A stretch of 64,000 nt of DNA from Amphiscolops sp. MND2022 (Eukaryota). Shown here piece after piece: positions 1 through 11,719 of this stretch. The stretch is from assembly GCA_964187785.1 (NCBI GenBank), contig OZ076415.1:51026001-51090000 (forward strand). The letters are read 5' to 3'. Each line of letters begins with the position of its first letter. Positions within the stretch are counted from its first letter, which is position 1. The notes below the pieces were generated by a model. That model had not been told where the DNA came from. It was given only the letters and a program-made list of their open reading frames with translations, and did no database searches. The translations under genes and the position numbers were made by a program.

Positions 1-43
1 GCAAACACCAGGTCCCTTGAAATTGAATGGTCCGAGAATATAC
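1..43 (-). CDS. Paralogous copy of the terminal C-type-lectin-like exon (partial, runs off window)
   Basis: Minus strand reads ...TTTGAG|G TAT ATT CTC GGA CCA TTC AAT TTC AAG GGA CCT GGT GTT TGC = YILGPFNFKGPGVC. It matches 2047-1915 (YMFTTFSFKGPGVC), and similarity starts at the AG acceptor in both copies. Confidence 0.6.
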
Positions 44-939
44 CTCAAACGTTTTGTTAATCAAATGGTTTATGCAACTTTAAAATTGAAGAAATGATTT
101 GTTACTTATTAAACTTATAAAAAGTGGACCGATCGCGTTGAACTGACGAAAAAAGCTAGCCACTGTAAGAGTAGGGATTTTCTTCGAAAACGCCGACTAA
201 AAACAGTCAAATCATTCGAACTTTTTAAATGTTATTTTTCAACTTTTTTGTAAAAACCACGGGGCAGTGACTTGGGGAGCGGAGTTTGTTTTTACCAACT
301 CAAGCTGGTAGTTTAACCAACTCACTTTTACCGCTCAATTATAATCATACATTTTCACGTGGAACCGGAAAGCCAACAGGCGGAACAGTAGAAAGATTTG
401 ACAACTTAGACATGACAAACATCTATAAACAAAGTGTGCAGAAATTGGTTGCCGTTGTCCTCGTACTGTAGTTTTAGGGAAGCAATCACCTCGTCGGATA
501 GAGAGCATCACACTTAACGAGACATGACGAGAACGTGGCTCTAAGTCCTTCAGGTAGTGGGTACAAAGACATGCATAATAGAATAAGAAAAAACGTTGAG
601 TTTCTCGGTACAAGCCAGCATATTCACAGCGAAATTGTGGAAAAACACTGTCGGTAGACATTTTCAATCAAGCTATGATAACACGAAGCACTCAATCACG
701 GAAAGTTTTTTCAAATTAAAAATTGCGAATAATAATTTCACAAAGACATAATCAACAAAGTTGGGATTTTAAAACAGGCTGTTTCCTAGGAGGCGTTGAG
801 ACATTTTCTTCAATCATGGCAGGTAACTCTATGAAAATTCCAGTTAAATGAAATTGTGTTGATCATAAAATGACCATATATGAAAACATGTTAATGTAAG
901 AATGATAAGACTGGAATCCAGTGTTTGATCAGACTGGAA

Positions 940-1300
940 TCAACTGTTCTTCATTATGTCAGAGTATAATCAACCTGTTTTTGTATGGGAGGGAAACCCA
1001 GCTAGGGTTAAATGTAAGATTATATCACATGATGAAAAAAGTATGTCGCGTTTACTCAATTGGACTGAAATGTTTAATATGTATAAGCCATAGTGGACAA
1101 AGTAGTGACAAGGGAATGGGTGAAGGTCAAGAGGGCGTAAACGGGAAATGTTCAATTATCACTTTGTGAAGCAATAAAGGTAATAACGAAGTGCAACTAT
1201 AATTGGGACGCGTTCTTTTTTGCCAGGCAGTAGCGGAATTATGGTGTAGAAGATGACTGCTTGTGCAATTATGGGAACACATTTGGAGTGCGTATATCGA
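940..1300 (-). pseudogene. Possible decayed GPCR remnant (TM5-TM7)
   Basis: Hand translation gives CVPIIAQAVIFYTIIPLL (cf. LIPVCLSGYLYFKIIQTL at 10.5 kb), FVITFIAS (cf. ICFFAS) and YNLTFNPSW (cf. YSQLNPFL), in order but broken by stops and frameshifts. Confidence 0.3.
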
Positions 1301-1914
1301 CGTTTTTTCACAACGTTAATTTGAAGCATTCCTCTGTATAAATCAAACTTTGCTCAGAAAAACTATTAATGTGTTTTGCGAGTGCTAAAAAGTCAATAAT
1401 TCAAATCCTACTTGACTGCTACTTTTTAAGGATCGTAACTAATTTTCAGTTGAGGGACTGAATGCCCGGTAACGACTCCCAGGAAGTACTTTCCTTTGTT
1501 TTTTTTTCTGTTTTCAAAGTGAATTTTCTTGAGTCAGCACCGCCTGTGACTGCGCTGGATTTTAATTGTTAGTGCAAAACCTCAAACTTCTACGCTACTA
1601 GACGAAGAGATGTCTTGCAAGATTCACTTCTGACCTCTTGCATGCTGTACATGCCCCTTTTCTCTAATGAGCTACAAATTCAAAAAATCTAACAGAAACT
1701 TTCGGAAACTTTTTTTTGAGGACCTCATGTGAAATGTGAAGAAGGAGAAAAAAAAACCCAATTTTTGGGTTAAAAACTAAATTTGAATCATATCGTTGGG
1801 TTTTGAGTAGAGAAGTTGGAAATTTGGGAATCAATGTTTTTATTTATAATAGTGTCAGCAGTTTGTGGAAATCAGGGAAGTGAAAATTTTTGATCATTCT
1901 TTGCCGGACAGCTT

Positions 1915-2047
1915 TCATGCCAGCAAGGTCAAAGAAATAGAGCAGATAGAGTGTTGCTTCAGAGATCGAGGCATGCATTCGTCGAGTTGCTTCATTTTGC
2001 TAATGCAAACACCAGGCCCCTTGAAACTGAACGTTGTGAACATATAC
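1915..2047 (-). CDS. C-type-lectin-like domain, terminal exon
   Basis: Acceptor TTGTTTAG|G at 2048/2047. Reads (R)YMFTTFSFKGPGVCISKMKQLDECMPRSLKQHSICSISLTLLA*, supplying the last three CTLD cysteines. Phase 2 matches the donor at 2712. Confidence 0.7.
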
Positions 2048-2712
2048 CTAAACAATGATACGGAATCAAATTATGTGTAGAACAATAAAAAATTTTCTAA
2101 AATGTTGTTTCTAACGAAAGCCGTCAAAACGGTTCGAAAGTTGACAAGAAAACATCGAAAACCAGCAGTAACAATTAAAATATAACGGTAACAAGTAAGT
2201 AAAAATCACTTTCTCTTTTTTTCATTCCAATTTTTTTTGACTGAATAGGCCTCGAAACTGATCTTAGTTCGCAGTGGAAAGGGCTGAAGTTTTTCCGAAA
2301 AATACTTTCAAAGTGTGGAACAAATGCAGGCAAGAATTTTTAACCAAATGTGATTTAAAGGTGAAATTCAGAAAGGAATACACGTTTTTGAAGAAAAATG
2401 ATTGAACAAACGTCAAAGTTTCAAGTCCTTTTTCTTGAATATTTCAAAATGTTGGTTCTTTTATGGTTACGAAAATTCGACAATAGATCAAATTTCATAG
2501 ATGTTCCCACGCTTTCAGTTCTCGTCTCTAACAACTGGAACAACGGAACAAAGTCTCTAACATCGCTTTTTGAACTGTTTGTCTCCAAGCGCCACATTCT
2601 AATCTGTAAAATTCGGAAAAAATGCCAGAAAGAAATATTTTGAAAATTACATGATGTCAAAAATGAGACATTATATTATGAAACAAAACTCGGGTGAAAT
2701 AAGCTGACAAAC

Positions 2713-3164
2713 CGTGACATCCAAAAACCCTCGAAAAGTGCCACATTCTTCTCTGAATTGACATCCAAGTGCCCATCGATGCTTTTAAATTGTGGAAACT
2801 GGGTAGTGACTGGTGCCTGTCGCTTGAAACCTACATGAAGAAGTGTGTTGTATGTAACCACATCCGATAATTCACTTCGAGTACTCTCGAAAAAGTCCCA
2901 AAGATACGCGATTTCGTCGAACGTTCTAGGATACGACAGTATGGCACCCTGCTTTCCACAAACAAAGGCCTGTTTTGAAAAGTTGAGTCCCGGCGTTGAA
3001 TGTTCTACGATGAAATAACACCTTTTGAAACCGAAATTATATACGCCTCTGTTTTGCGAGCAATCATTGCGGACAATGAAAGCGAGGTCCAGTCTAAAAA
3101 TGTCACTTTGAGTTGAACGCAATTGTTTGAATTTCATTCGCGAGAAAGAGACCTTGTCAGATAC
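2713..3164 (-). CDS. C-type-lectin-like domain, N-terminal exon
   Basis: ORF 2676-3203 contains NDC-x13-RCYFI...NFSKQAFVC..GAILSYPRTFDEIAYL...LHVGF...FKSIDG, the long-form CTLD pattern (CY, C-x3-GAxL, WIGL-like, FxWxDG-like). Donor CG|GTTTGT at 2713/2712 and candidate acceptor TTCTGCAG|GTA at 3165/3164. No signal peptide or credible start codon. Confidence 0.7.
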
Positions 3165-3739
3165 CTGCAGAAGGGTTTCCAGGTAAACCTTCTGAAGCTT
3201 CACTTTTTAGTGCTTTTAGACGCTTTTCGATTAAGTCTTTTATGACGGACAGACACTTTGTTACGTCTTCCACGTTTTTTGGTGCAATTCTATTGCATGA
3301 AGAAAAAAATAACTTGTGTTTGGACTAGTTGAGCAACATTCAGTCGCCCAAATTTTGATAAAGTTCCGTTATTTGAGACAAAAAGTTACTTGGTTTAATC
3401 TCAAGGAAAACAACGTAATTACTGATTCCCCCATTGATGGATTAGGGTTCGCCCTAGTTTTTATTTATACAAACAACAGTGGGATATAGGCGTTGCAGAG
3501 ACATACGCTAGGGTGCCAAAAAGTACTCGGTTTTTCGAAGTCTTTAAATTTATTCATTTTACAAAAAACTCAGATGAGAAAGTCTTTGAAAATTTAGTCA
3601 GAATTACAGCAGTAATTTTTGTATTGAATCTCTTCAGAATTTTAAAAGGAGTTTACCTGGATAAAAAACTCATTCATGATCATATTGAGTATGATGTCAA
3701 AAATCAAATAAAAGTAATCGATTGATTTATAAAGTCTGT

Positions 3740-3990
3740 GGAATCTACTCATAACATCATTCTTGGTGTTCTACAATTCCTTTGCAAAATGGACCTACTC
3801 TTGCAGAATACTGACAAATGTATGTGCAACGAAACACGATATCGATAGAATTGAAACAACCCAACGAAGACTACTACGCGCAATTTGTTCCAGAATTGTG
3901 TATGATTGTATTGGATGTATATTTCAAGAGAACAAAAGTTCGACTGACTCAATTTATTTTTAAAAACATTCCATAATATTTTCAAAACAT
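3740..3990 (+). mobile_element. LINE (non-LTR) RT C-terminal remnant
   Basis: CATKHDIDRIETTQRRLLRAI resembles the post-RT segment of CR1/L2/Jockey-type ORF2 and parallels 32280-32360. Confidence 0.45.
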
Positions 3991-4543
3991 TAGGAATTGA
4001 ATCGCCTCTCCGTTTACTTACTGGAGATGTGAATTGTTCATATCCTATTAGAAGACCCCAACAGAAAGTAGTAACAAGTACTTATAGTCCCGCTGTATAT
4101 GTCAGTAGAAAAAAATTGCATAGAACCAACAGTTGGCATGGAGTCAATAATTCGAATCAAAAAGGTATCAACTTTAGCCAGCTGTAAATATAAAGCAAAT
4201 AATACCTACTCCCCACTTGTTGGTGTTTGGTCAATTCAATGTTCAAGTACTTTACGTCTAATAGGCCACAGCAGAGTGCATGAATGGGAACCTAATGCAA
4301 ACTTCATTTATAATATTTTGTTTCTGCCTAAAATTTTTAGCTCTTGTTCTATTTGTACTTTTTTGTTGAACGATGTAATATGAATGAGAACTGATTAGTT
4401 GTAAGATTGAACACAGTGGAAACAAGTGCGAAGCAAATATGGAACGCGTTCAACATCTACTCTGCTATAGCTCGTTGGACGCATTGTCCGAATTCGCGTT
4501 AACTGATAAGACTGCAGTTATTTTCTTATTTTCGTAGTACATG

Positions 4544-5777
4544 CAGGGATTTGCATTAATTAACGGTGTTTCCATTAAATGTCACTTATTAAATGCACTA
4601 AATGAATGACCAAGCCTCAGCCGGTACATTAAATGAATGTGACCAATCAAATTAATGCATTTAATGAATGCTGTATCTTTCATTTAATTAAATAAACCTC
4701 GTATAAAACATATACTGTTCGTTCACGGTTCATTCGAGCTATTTACATTCAATTTGACAGCAACTGCACATCAATTTGCACGTTCATATTCAGGGGTGCC
4801 TAAAATTTAATTGCCCTCCATTTTTCTAAAGTTAACATTACAAATTTTGTTCATTAAATAACAACGACTTAAACTAGGATGATAAATCGAATATTCCTAT
4901 TAACAATAGACCGATTGCGAGCGAATACCTCATTTCCCGCGGTCCGTACTCCAAACGGGTCACGAGGGGATACTTTTTGCGACAATGGGTTCATAGAAGT
5001 GATAGTCGTAGCAAAAACTAATTTATGGCCCGGGCCAGGAGGGGAAGATGAAAGAGCTGATGTCTGATATCGATCGCATTGAAAGTGTCAACAAGCGACT
5101 GCAGCTCAGCGAGACAACAATGTTGGAGGCACGAATTTTATTCGATAGTATCATCAAAACATTTGGTGCCAAGTACAAAATAAATGACTACCTTGCGGAA
5201 ATGGTTCCAATTGTACAATCTCCCATTTTTGAAGATGGTCTTATTAAAATGGCACGCAATGAAAAACTCAATGCACAAGAAGCATTGAAAATGGCAATTT
5301 TCGAAAAAGACGTGTCTGAGGAAACTGTGAACGAAAAAATAAAGTTTTCACCACTGCTTTTCTAGCAAAAAAAATCACAATTGTCATGTGTCTCCTCATA
5401 CAAAGACATTCAATGGATTCCTCCCACTTCAAATCGATTGGAAAGATTAAAGATTTTTCAGCAGAGTCAAATTTGTTTACGGAGGCTATCGTCAAAAGCT
5501 ATTGCCAAAAAAACTTGGAGGCTCAGCTGTTTTTGACCGATAATCGTTCATTTTGGAACCGAGAAAGTGTGCAAAAAATGCTCAACGGCGAGAATAAATG
5601 AACACTTTTGTAACTTTAACTTTCTTTCCTGTAATTAATGAATTTTAATGTACAATAATGTATTAATTATTGTGTTTCGAAAGATAAGTGCATTTATTGA
5701 ATATGGTCAGCCAAAGTAATGCTTTTATTGAATTTAGGGTAACCAATAATAATGCATTCTTTTAATGCAAATCCCTG
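4544..5777 (+). mobile_element. Non-autonomous hAT DNA transposon
   Basis: Perfect 16-bp TIRs CAGGGATTTGCATTAA (4544-4559; reverse complement 5762-5777) flanked by an exact 8-bp TSD AGTACATG (4536-4543; 5778-5785). Confidence 0.88.
4930..5601 (+). pseudogene. hAT-like transposase remnant
   Basis: IESVNKRLQ..TMLEARILFDSII...YLAEMVPIVQSPIFEDGLIK (5048-5365) inside the TIR-bounded element; disrupted upstream and downstream. Confidence 0.5.
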
Positions 5778-6259
5778 AGTACATGTGCATATACTGTGGT
5801 GAAACAGACTTAACGTCCTCTACGCTACCGTTCTGTTTTTTGATTGACTGCATTAAGTGTTATACTGTTTGTTTTGTTTTGTTACCTACATGTAATGTGT
5901 GTAGTAGTTTTTCCAAATAGCCTCATATAGTTCAAATGACGAATTGTGACGTCATGTCAAGATACCCTGATGCTGTGAATAGACAAGTACATAATAAGGT
6001 GTTACTATAAATAGTGCGATGACCTTTATTTTCATGATTTTCATGCAGTGCTCGGGTTTTATAGTGGACCACTGATGAAAGGAGGTTCATAATTCTCTGA
6101 TTGATTCGAAGCGCAAATCCCAACTCTCCTTCAATACGACGTGTGCTTTTAGTCTGCGCTTCATGAAGTGAATCGCGACTATTATAGTGATTCTTTTTTT
6201 TCTTTCCACACGAACCGACCAAATTAGTTCTTAAAAAGTTCTACAAAAAACTATTGCAC

Positions 6260-6712
6260 CAAATTGCACTATTTCGCCTACCGAATTGAACCAAAACGGT
6301 TCTTCCTGTTTTCCCGCGTACCATGCCATACCGGGCGAAACCAAAGTGTCCCCCCTTTCGTTTTTTTTTCGTCACTGCGAGACTTTTTTTCCCAAAAAAG
6401 TCCCCCTTCTCTTTTTTTGCTGTTTTGCGTCAGAATGGATGTTGGAAAATCCCAAAGGTTTTTCTCTTACAGTTTTATTCGGCACTGTGAGATTTTTTTG
6501 CCGAAAGTAAAAATTTTCCTCCCTTCAATTTTTTGATGTTTCGCCAGTCGATCCATTTTTTTTCGAGTATGTAAATTTTTCGAAATTTTTTTTTCCGAAA
6601 AAAATTCGATTTTCGAGAACTGTAAAAGAGAATACTTGACACTTGAAAGTGTTTTTGCTATTTTTGAGCCTTGGATATGGCGCCGACCGGCTTAGGCCGG
6701 TCCCGGCTTGTT
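6260..6712 (+). mobile_element. Helitron/Helentron-like 3' terminus
   Basis: Hairpin GACCGGC-TTAG-GCCGGTC (6685-6702) followed by CTTGTT (6707-6712). A related sequence occurs inverted at about 50455-50520. The left boundary is approximate. Confidence 0.45.
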
Positions 6713-9700
6713 ATTTATTACAATATCACTTTCTCTGTACAATATTACGTTTCTGTTGAGTTGTAATTAAATATTCTCTCTCAGTATTTGAAAATTCTGG
6801 TAACCAATATTTTTTCCATGCCTTAAACATGTGAGCAAAAAGCCAGAGAAAAGCTCTTCGGACAGTCAGACGGAATTTCTGATTAAAAAAACTTGGATCT
6901 AACTTTGGGCAGCTGTTACATGAATGAAGTAGGAAGCCAATTCAGTAAAAACAAGGAAAACGTGGACTGTTGTTGACCTAAATACAAGGAAGGCTCGGGG
7001 AAATCAGCCGAGAACAATAAGAAATAATTGCAATCGAAGATGTCATAGTAAGAGAAGCCTTTTCAGACTCTCAGAAAAGTGACAAGGCTAACGACAAAAT
7101 GATAGATAGCTTTGTTAATACATCGAATTTTAATGTAATTCCAGGATTGCTCGAAACATCTCTCTAATAACTTGAAGGATAAGCGCTGAAAAATGATTTT
7201 CCAGCTTTCATCAATAGCGTGGGGAAGAAACGAGAAAAGCTGCTTAATCTCTTTTCCGACCTTGTTGGATGATTCATCTATAAAACTGAACTCTTGTTAT
7301 TTGTTTCGTGTACAATCTTTCAAAAAACTTTCTTTGATTTCCTGTATTTTAGTCAAAACAATATTTTGACACAAGAAACTTGGAGATTCCGCAATTGTGA
7401 ATAGTTTTAGGTGTAAACTTTTAAGGAAGACATTTTCAGAAAAAGTGGTAGCATGAAACGTTAGATCTGAATCAAAAATTTGATTCAAATGTTCAAATAT
7501 GGTCCCAAAGAGTTGTTGTCTGGAGCAGCGGTTCTCAAGATATTGCAGAAAAAAGTTCGAAAAACGCCAAAATTGGAAATTTGGCGAAACGTTTTGTTAG
7601 TTAATTTTTGTAGTATGAATGTGAGTTTAAAACAGAATCACCCAGCAATTCTGATTGAAAGGTGAGAAGGTATTGGTTGAATTTTTTTTGTGTCAATTGA
7701 TTATGGAGAATTTTTTTTCGATGTGAGAGATAAAATCAAGTGTCCTAAGTTTTTTCTTTTTGTCATGCCAGAGTGCATGAATAGAATGAAACAAAACTTT
7801 CAGAAGGAGAAAAACGTCCGGCTTATCCGGTCGCCAAATGTTTACCATTTACATGCAAATCAATACAAATCAAACTTTTTTCTGTTATGAAGCATCGATT
7901 CAAACAATTTAGTAGCTTTCAGACCCATTACGGTAAAAGGATTGCACATCTCACCAACAACCATTGTCGTTGGTCATCATTTGTACTCAAAGCGTCGTTC
8001 AGCATACATTTAGAAAATATTGTTCACCATTGGAAAACTTTGATAACCATGGTTACAAGATCAATCATTTACTGCTATTAACACATGCAGTGTGAACTAC
8101 TCAATAATTACTCGAACTGGTATGGAATAGGTTCGAATGAACATTTACGTGCAGGTTTGACCGTGATTGACAACGATTACAACAAGCAGTCGTAATTGCC
8201 CAATACTTAACACCTGGTGCAAAAACCAATCAAAATGCATTTATTAACGACGCCCAATTAGAAGTGAGTATCCGCAAAAGGTACAAATGAAAATCAGTAA
8301 AGTTTTTGTTGACAACAAGTACAGGCGCTCCCGCTGACCCATCTTAATTTTTTAACACTATTACCATTTTATCACATCATTTTCTTTCCAAAGAACCTTC
8401 CAATCCTCAATTCAACCCTTAAAACTCAACATTGCGTCGCACAACCCTTACTTTTTGAAAAGAGCGGAATCGACTGTTAACCGCGGTATTAAACGCTGCG
8501 GTATTAGTCCCTGAATTCCGTGCAGCGAATTCCGCTCTTTTCGGTTGGTATGTTTTAAAACTTGGCCCAGGATTCCACTGCTCAAACAGCTCAACTTTTA
8601 GCCGCACAAAAGTTTAGGGTTATGCGTCGTAATGAAACAAGTTCGTATATGGTAATCTTCAGAGCTCAGAGCGCAAGCATCAATCAATCTATTCATGGAT
8701 GAATATGGAAGAATATAATGCCAACGACAGAGATATCAGTTTACCCGGAAATAGTTCGCAGAACTTGAATGTCAGAAACAATGGCCAACCAATGATCGAC
8801 TGTGAGAGAGACCATGAAAGAGTTCGAATTGAGCAACGATCCAATAACATCAATCGACAAATTGTAGTATCAACTTCCTTAGTACGAACTTTCACCGAGA
8901 AACAAGCCTCTAGTAATTGAGAACAGAATGGCACTAATGCACAGCAATTTAAAACCCCCAGTCATTCTGACACGTACCAAAATGTATCTCACCAACTAGA
9001 CATCTATACTCGAGATATATGAAAAAATTTGTCCGAAAAAACCAATACATTTTAATAACCAGATTCTTCTCCGGTAGCTGTGTAACCTTTTGGACACCTG
9101 AAAGGAGTGGGCCATTTTGGTGCTGTAGTTGGTGCGGAAATGAAAACAAAACATCCAGTTGATTAAGGCTTTGAATTATGCAATTTGATTATTGATTTAA
9201 AAAAAAAACAGAACATTTGGGTTGCATTCTCAGTCGGATCCATTTGTCTTTTGTTTTGTGAAACCTTCCTGAAAAGCATTCGCGACAGTTTTTTTTACAA
9301 CTGCATACATTATCCGAAAGCTTCTCTCTTCAACCTTTTCGGCTGAAAACTAACGCAATTAATTGAGGGCTTAATTCGGACGATTAACTCTTGACTCCAA
9401 TGTTCACTACACATCAGTACAAAAATTACTCCGTTGAAAATCACTTGAACAAAACCTGATGTTTCAGAATTGGCATTTGATGTTTCTTGGAGTTCATGTG
9501 AAAAACTTCCAAAAATAACGAAACCTTTCGGTCTGTATTTATGGCAGATATTCGTCTTGAAAGTTTTAACGGTGGCTTGGAGGGCGACGTTTGATAAGCA
9601 ATCGGTAGTTTTACCAACTCAATTTTCCCTATTTTTTTCTTCAATTATAATCAGAAAATTTCTCGTGAAGCGAAATGAAAAGGACATGTTCCATTGATAT

Positions 9701-10019
9701 AGAGCTACTTCATCGATACCTGATTACAAAAAGAAGCAATGAATAAACTTGTCTTTCTTCTAACGACCGCTTTCAGTACTTTCTGTTGGAAAAATCTATA
9801 GAAATGTATGTAATAGGAAAGAGTAAAGTCTTTTAGCCCCTAAATATAAAAGTTCATAAATGACGTTCATAAAAGACGTGTAGCTACAAGAAAATATAAT
9901 TTCGCAAATGAATGGACTTTTATTGCTGTATTTATTTTTTCATTGCTGGCCTTTCATGTTTTCCATTGACGCTGTTTTAGTACTTTTTCGCAACATACTA
10001 CAATTGATGTAGCATCTCC

Positions 10020-10952
10020 TCAAGTTATACCGTTATTAATTTTCCTGGAATCCCCTACTTGACTAAAGCCAACGGCCACGCCTCCGTCTTGTATCGAAAC
10101 CAGCACTCCGGACGCCAGCGTGAGAGACAACAACCACAAAGTACTTTTGATCACAGAACACGAAACCAGGCGGGCGCTTTTTTTGTTAGGCGAAGCTTCA
10201 GTTTTTCCCATGTGTCTGGTGTTTTGAGATATTCGAGGAACTTTGATGCATAATACAAGCTTCAACAGAGTTAAAACTCGCTGTTGAAACGATTTGAACA
10301 GAATGAGATACAAGAATGGGTTTAGTTGAGAGTAAAGCACCTGTATTGATGGCAACGAGATGAACAGATACACCAAAAACGTATTACCACCCTTTCCCAG
10401 ATTCCGGCTCAAGGGTTGTGAAGGAAGTTGCATAAAGTTGATGATGAATTTTGGGGCCCAGCATATTGCCCATGAACACCAGCTAGCGAAAAAACAAATC
10501 GAAAGGTTACGGTTGCGCTCAGCATGTTTCTCTTGAGTTCGCAGTGTTTGGATGATTTTGAAGTACAAATAGCCAGACAAACAAACTGGTATCAGATAGA
10601 GCACAAACAGATCGATGATCGTCCTCCAGAGGGGTCGTAGCTGCCACAAGTTACAACGGGCAACGAATTTGTTGAAAGGAAAAGACTGTGAAGAAAACGA
10701 CTGAACGTTAAGCTTCCAGAACTTTCGAAAACTTTTTTTTTCAAAACTGTTCCATATTTCGAGTTTATCAAAAGTATATATAAAAATTAATGAAAAATTT
10801 CGATTCTCTAGGATGACCTCTTCGGTTTTTTGCTGGTGAGGATGAATGAGCATCTTCAAAAAATTTGTTTCAAACCAAAAATTCTTGAATTGAGTGGGGT
10901 GTCTATTTGGACCGTTCCTGGCATGTTTGTTGTTGGAAAAAGTCTTTTTCAA
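10020..10952 (-). CDS. Orphan class-A-like GPCR, ECL2-TM5-TM6-TM7 plus an extra C-terminal hydrophobic helix (N-terminal half decayed or missing)
   Basis: FVARCNLW (ECL2 Cys), IIDLFVLYLIPVCLSGYLYFKII (TM5), NLSICFFASWCSWAICWAP (TM6 CWxP), IQVLYSQLNPFLY (TM7 NPxxY), then LVSCSVIKSTLWLLSLTLASGVLVSI. Confidence 0.82.
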   Translation of the reverse strand: MKKTFSNNKHARNGPNRHPTQFKNFWFETNFLKMLIHPHQQKTEEVILENRNFSLIFIYTFDKLEIWNSFEKKSFRKFWKLNVQSFSSQSFPFNKFVARCNLWQLRPLWRTIIDLFVLYLIPVCLSGYLYFKIIQTLRTQEKHAERNRNLSICFFASWCSWAICWAPKFIINFMQLPSQPLSRNLGKGGNTFLVYLFISLPSIQVLYSQLNPFLYLILFKSFQQRVLTLLKLVLCIKVPRISQNTRHMGKTEASPNKKSARLVSCSVIKSTLWLLSLTLASGVLVSIQDGGVAVGFSQVGDSRKINNGIT

Positions 10953-11719
10953 GCCTAAAGAATCTCGTTTTTGCGTTTATGTTTGTTAGATGACTTTGGT
11001 TTGAGTTCGAAATAAATTATAACGAAAAAAAACTATTCCACAAAAGAATCTCATCCTTCTTTGATGCGTCAAGCTAGAAAATTTTCATTAGTCTGATCAG
11101 CCTTAGTTTTTGTAACCTTTTAAGCTTTTACAGCATTGTATTGGTTCATGGTTTTTTCACCCACGTGAGGAATTCGTATCTCTTCGGTGACAAAGTTCTG
11201 TATCTTTTCATAGACAATTATATCACTTTGAGAGAAAAAAACTTGCTTCAATTGAATTGATGACTTCAAAACGAAGTTTTTCAAAGAGTTTTATCCAAAA
11301 TGTTTCAGATGTTCCAAAAAGGGCGTGAGTTTGGGCTCTCATCAAAATCGCTCAATGTTGTGTGGATCTTTCATATATGAACATTAACACTACCGTCATC
11401 GTTAGGTATGGAACAACAAAAAAGAAAAGATTTTGAAATTACTTTTTGACCTTGTATCCGCGTTAATGTAGATTTAAGCGGCGTTTGATTTAAATCAGGA
11501 TCGCCCTATCTATTTTACAACTTGAAAAATTTTACCGATTTGATTTTCTACTCTTTTCACATTGAACAATATTATTGGCTTCTCTTATTATATACCTGTG
11601 ATCTTTTACTTCAATTACCGTCCCTCACCCATTGCCTGAATGTCTAGACTTATATACACAAACTTTGAAAATTTAAAGTGCAATCAAGACAAATCTTTTT
11701 CTTTCCTTTCTCATTTCTT

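Noticed and set aside
2830-2875. PPR motif (DVVTYNTLL)
   Set aside because: Single occurrence inside a segment better explained as a CTLD; no 35-aa periodicity.
6850-7300. Another GPCR N-half remnant (FFPTLLMKA, TFLRV on the minus strand)
   Set aside because: Only two short motif matches amid stops; could be chance.
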